DNA of 63,955 bases, counting the filler, from Octopus bimaculoides (lineage: Eukaryota): NCBI RefSeq assembly GCF_001194135.2. It is 9 parts of 9 records of this genome, joined end to end, with 100 filler letters (N's around TTAATTAATTAA, not from the genome) between each part and the next. Parts side by side here need not be neighbours in the genome. Positions count along the whole stretch, not along the records: positions 60,195 to 62,844 come from NC_068996.1; positions 62,945 to 63,955 come from NC_069008.1; 7 more parts are not named here. One strand, written 5' to 3'. This document shows positions 61,590 through 63,955 of the stretch, piece by piece. The notes beneath the pieces are model-generated. The model saw only the letters and a list, made by a program, of their open reading frames with translations, was not told the DNA's origin and ran no database searches. How positions within the stretch are numbered: the first letter of the stretch is position 1; the number at the start of each line of letters is the position of its first letter. The position numbers and the translations under genes are program-made.

Positions 61590-62830
61590 GTTTAGAAAGG
61601 CGGATTGCCCGTCCCTCCTGTTGGCTTTGGGTATTTCCAACAGTAAATAACCAAGAATCCTCTTCGTGATATTCCCTCGAAAAATTCTGATTTCCTGTGA
61701 GAATTAGGGTTTTAAGTATGTGTATGTGCTTTGTGTTGTTTCAATGATTTGTATGTGTGCAGGTAGGGAGATTGTGGATGTGACAAAATCTTTTGGTGTA
61801 ACGTTTTTGTGTTATTATATACTTCATTAATTCATTGTTTTTGTGATTATTGCCAGTGCCTTGCAAAAATCTACACTCCCTTTGAAAATTTATATATTTT
61901 GTATAATTTAACAGGGCTCTTTCTACACTCCTTGACTTTAATCCGATTGTACGGTACGTCCCTGGTGGACGTATCTTAGCTTGGATTGTCTCAGGTGGGA
62001 TATTCAACGTTACAGCTAGTCCAACTCTCTCGACTAGCTGTCTAGTATATTTCAGTTCTTTGTCTGAGAATTGTATTTTCTGGAGAGATGATTTAGCTAC
62101 TCCAGCGAAAGAAGGTTTTGGAGAGCTTTTCTAAGCCGTTGCACCGGTTTGTGTCTCATCTCCTTCATTGCCTTTCTCATTGTTGTTGCTGCTTTTGTTG
62201 CTGTCGTTGTTGTTTTTGTTGTTACTGTTCTTGTCACCTTTGTTATTGTTATTATGGTTGTTGATGGTGCTGCTGATGTTGTTGTTGTTGCTGCTGAGGT
62301 TCTTGCAGTTGTTGTTACTTGTACCGAACTCGACCGTTGCTTCACTAACAAAAGGGCTCTAACTTTACATTTTCGAAATTGTTGTATTTATTTCAAAACA
62401 TGTGAAAAACAGAGCCTTTACTTTTCCGAAGATCTTCTAAGAGATCCTTCTTGAAAAAAATTGACTCTGTTGGCCTTTTTGTCCATTTTTTTTTCGACAA
62501 AAATACTATCGTCTGTTCCCCCCCCCCGCTCCAAATCGCTTTGTACACACGCACTCTCTCTCATTAACGTTTGGTGACGCTCCTCCCTCTCTCCCCTCTT
62601 TCACATATGAGCGTCAGGTAAACAGGAAAATAAACTCACCGCTCGACAGCAAACAACTTGTTGTCTACGATACAATAAATTTAAAGGGTGCAAATACACC
62701 ATTATGTGTTTTTTCCTTATAAATTTCACGGAGCGAGGTCAAGTGTGGCTTACCAGGCACTACTGGGCACTGCACACATCCTACGCAAAACACTTTCAAT
62801 ACAGTAACCATAAGAGCATCACAGCAAACC
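61590..62830 (-). mobile_element. Probable degenerate ORF1 and 5' region of the same L1/Tx1 element
   Basis: Asn/Ser-rich low-complexity stretch, then KPSFAGVAK (SYA.V-like) and IQAKIRPPGTYRTIGLKS, lying collinearly upstream of the ORF2 start. Homology not verified. Confidence 0.4.
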
Positions 62831-63067
62831 ACAGCACATACCCANNNNNNNNNNNNNNNNNNNNNNNNNNNNNNNNNNNNNNNNNNNNTTAATTAATTAA
62901 NNNNNNNNNNNNNNNNNNNNNNNNNNNNNNNNNNNNNNNNNNNNATGCACACATGAAAATACATTGGAATATATACTAATAGATATACTGTTATCCTTGT
63001 ATTTCTTTCAGTTAGTAGACTGAGGCCCAGCTGGGGCACCGCCTTGATGTATAATATGTGCGTTTAG

Positions 63068-63121
<54 letters not shown>

Positions 63122-63230
63122 ATATATATGTGTGTGTAATATGGATGATATACACGTATGTATGTGTAGTATGAGAAAAGAAGCGTGAGAACACGGAAAG
63201 TATGTGTGTGTTTGTGGGTGTACGTCTATA

Positions 63231-63279
<49 letters not shown>

Positions 63280-63459
63280 GCGTTTGTATGTGAGTATAAG
63301 TGATGGTTTTCTCTTCTACGTTCGTTATTCGATCCGTGAAGTCCAATATCCAGTTTAAACAAAGTAGCTCGGTCGTAAAAACCAGCATAAATTGCGTATC
63401 GCACGCCGTTAGGCGCCGTCTGCAGGATATCGCACAAGCCATTTGTATACCACTTATAT

Positions 63460-63496
<37 letters not shown>

Positions 63497-63896
63497 CATA
63501 CATACATACATACATACATATAAATATATATATACATATACACATATACATATATATATACATTTATATACATACAGATATATACATGCTTATATATATA
63601 CATGCGTGTGTTTATATATATAAACACACACATATATCACCTGACTTTATTGGTTCCGTTGCCTAAACAATCAACATGTTTTATGTGTGTAGATTACATA
63701 TGGATTCTCGTACACCCACACACACAAACGCACACATGCATATATATATATAGGTACATCTATTTCTATCTAAATGCATACTTATGCATAAAGATATATA
63801 TTTATATATATATACACACACGTGTATATATATATATATATATATATACACATGCATATCAATATCTACATATATGTATGTATGCATCTATCTAAT

Positions 63897-63955
<59 letters not shown>

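Noticed and set aside
62097-62351. Thr-rich mucin-like ORF
   Set aside because: Low-complexity (AAC/AGC)n tract inside the probable LINE ORF1 region, with no signal peptide or splice support.

Overview
Eukaryotic, AT-rich, gap-ridden genomic DNA saturated with microsatellites ((TA)n, (CA)n, (TACA)n, (GATA)n, (TCA/TTA)n, (GA)n), tRNA-headed SINEs and decayed transposons. The repeat spectrum and assembly style resemble a coleoid cephalopod such as Octopus (inference, not checked by search). No intact long protein-coding gene can be supported; almost all ORFs in the supplied track are microsatellite or N-gap artefacts. Recognisable coding remnants are all mobile-element derived: two Tc1 and three mariner fragments, a CR1-clade RT, two RTE fragments, a multiply deleted L1/Tx1 element, several RLE-type (R4/NeSL-like) non-LTR fragments and a Penelope GIY-YIG remnant. 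The most interesting signals are (i) two pri-miRNA-like hairpins (29746-29839, 16395-16481) among seven fold-back elements, (ii) a candidate spliced 29-aa small-ORF gene (35950-36503) behind an ETS/E-box promoter-like island, (iii) a TATA/CCAAT/double-E-box promoter at 41690-41945 whose downstream sequence falls in a gap, and (iv) an RLE retrotransposon family that repeatedly abuts (TACA)n-like tracts.
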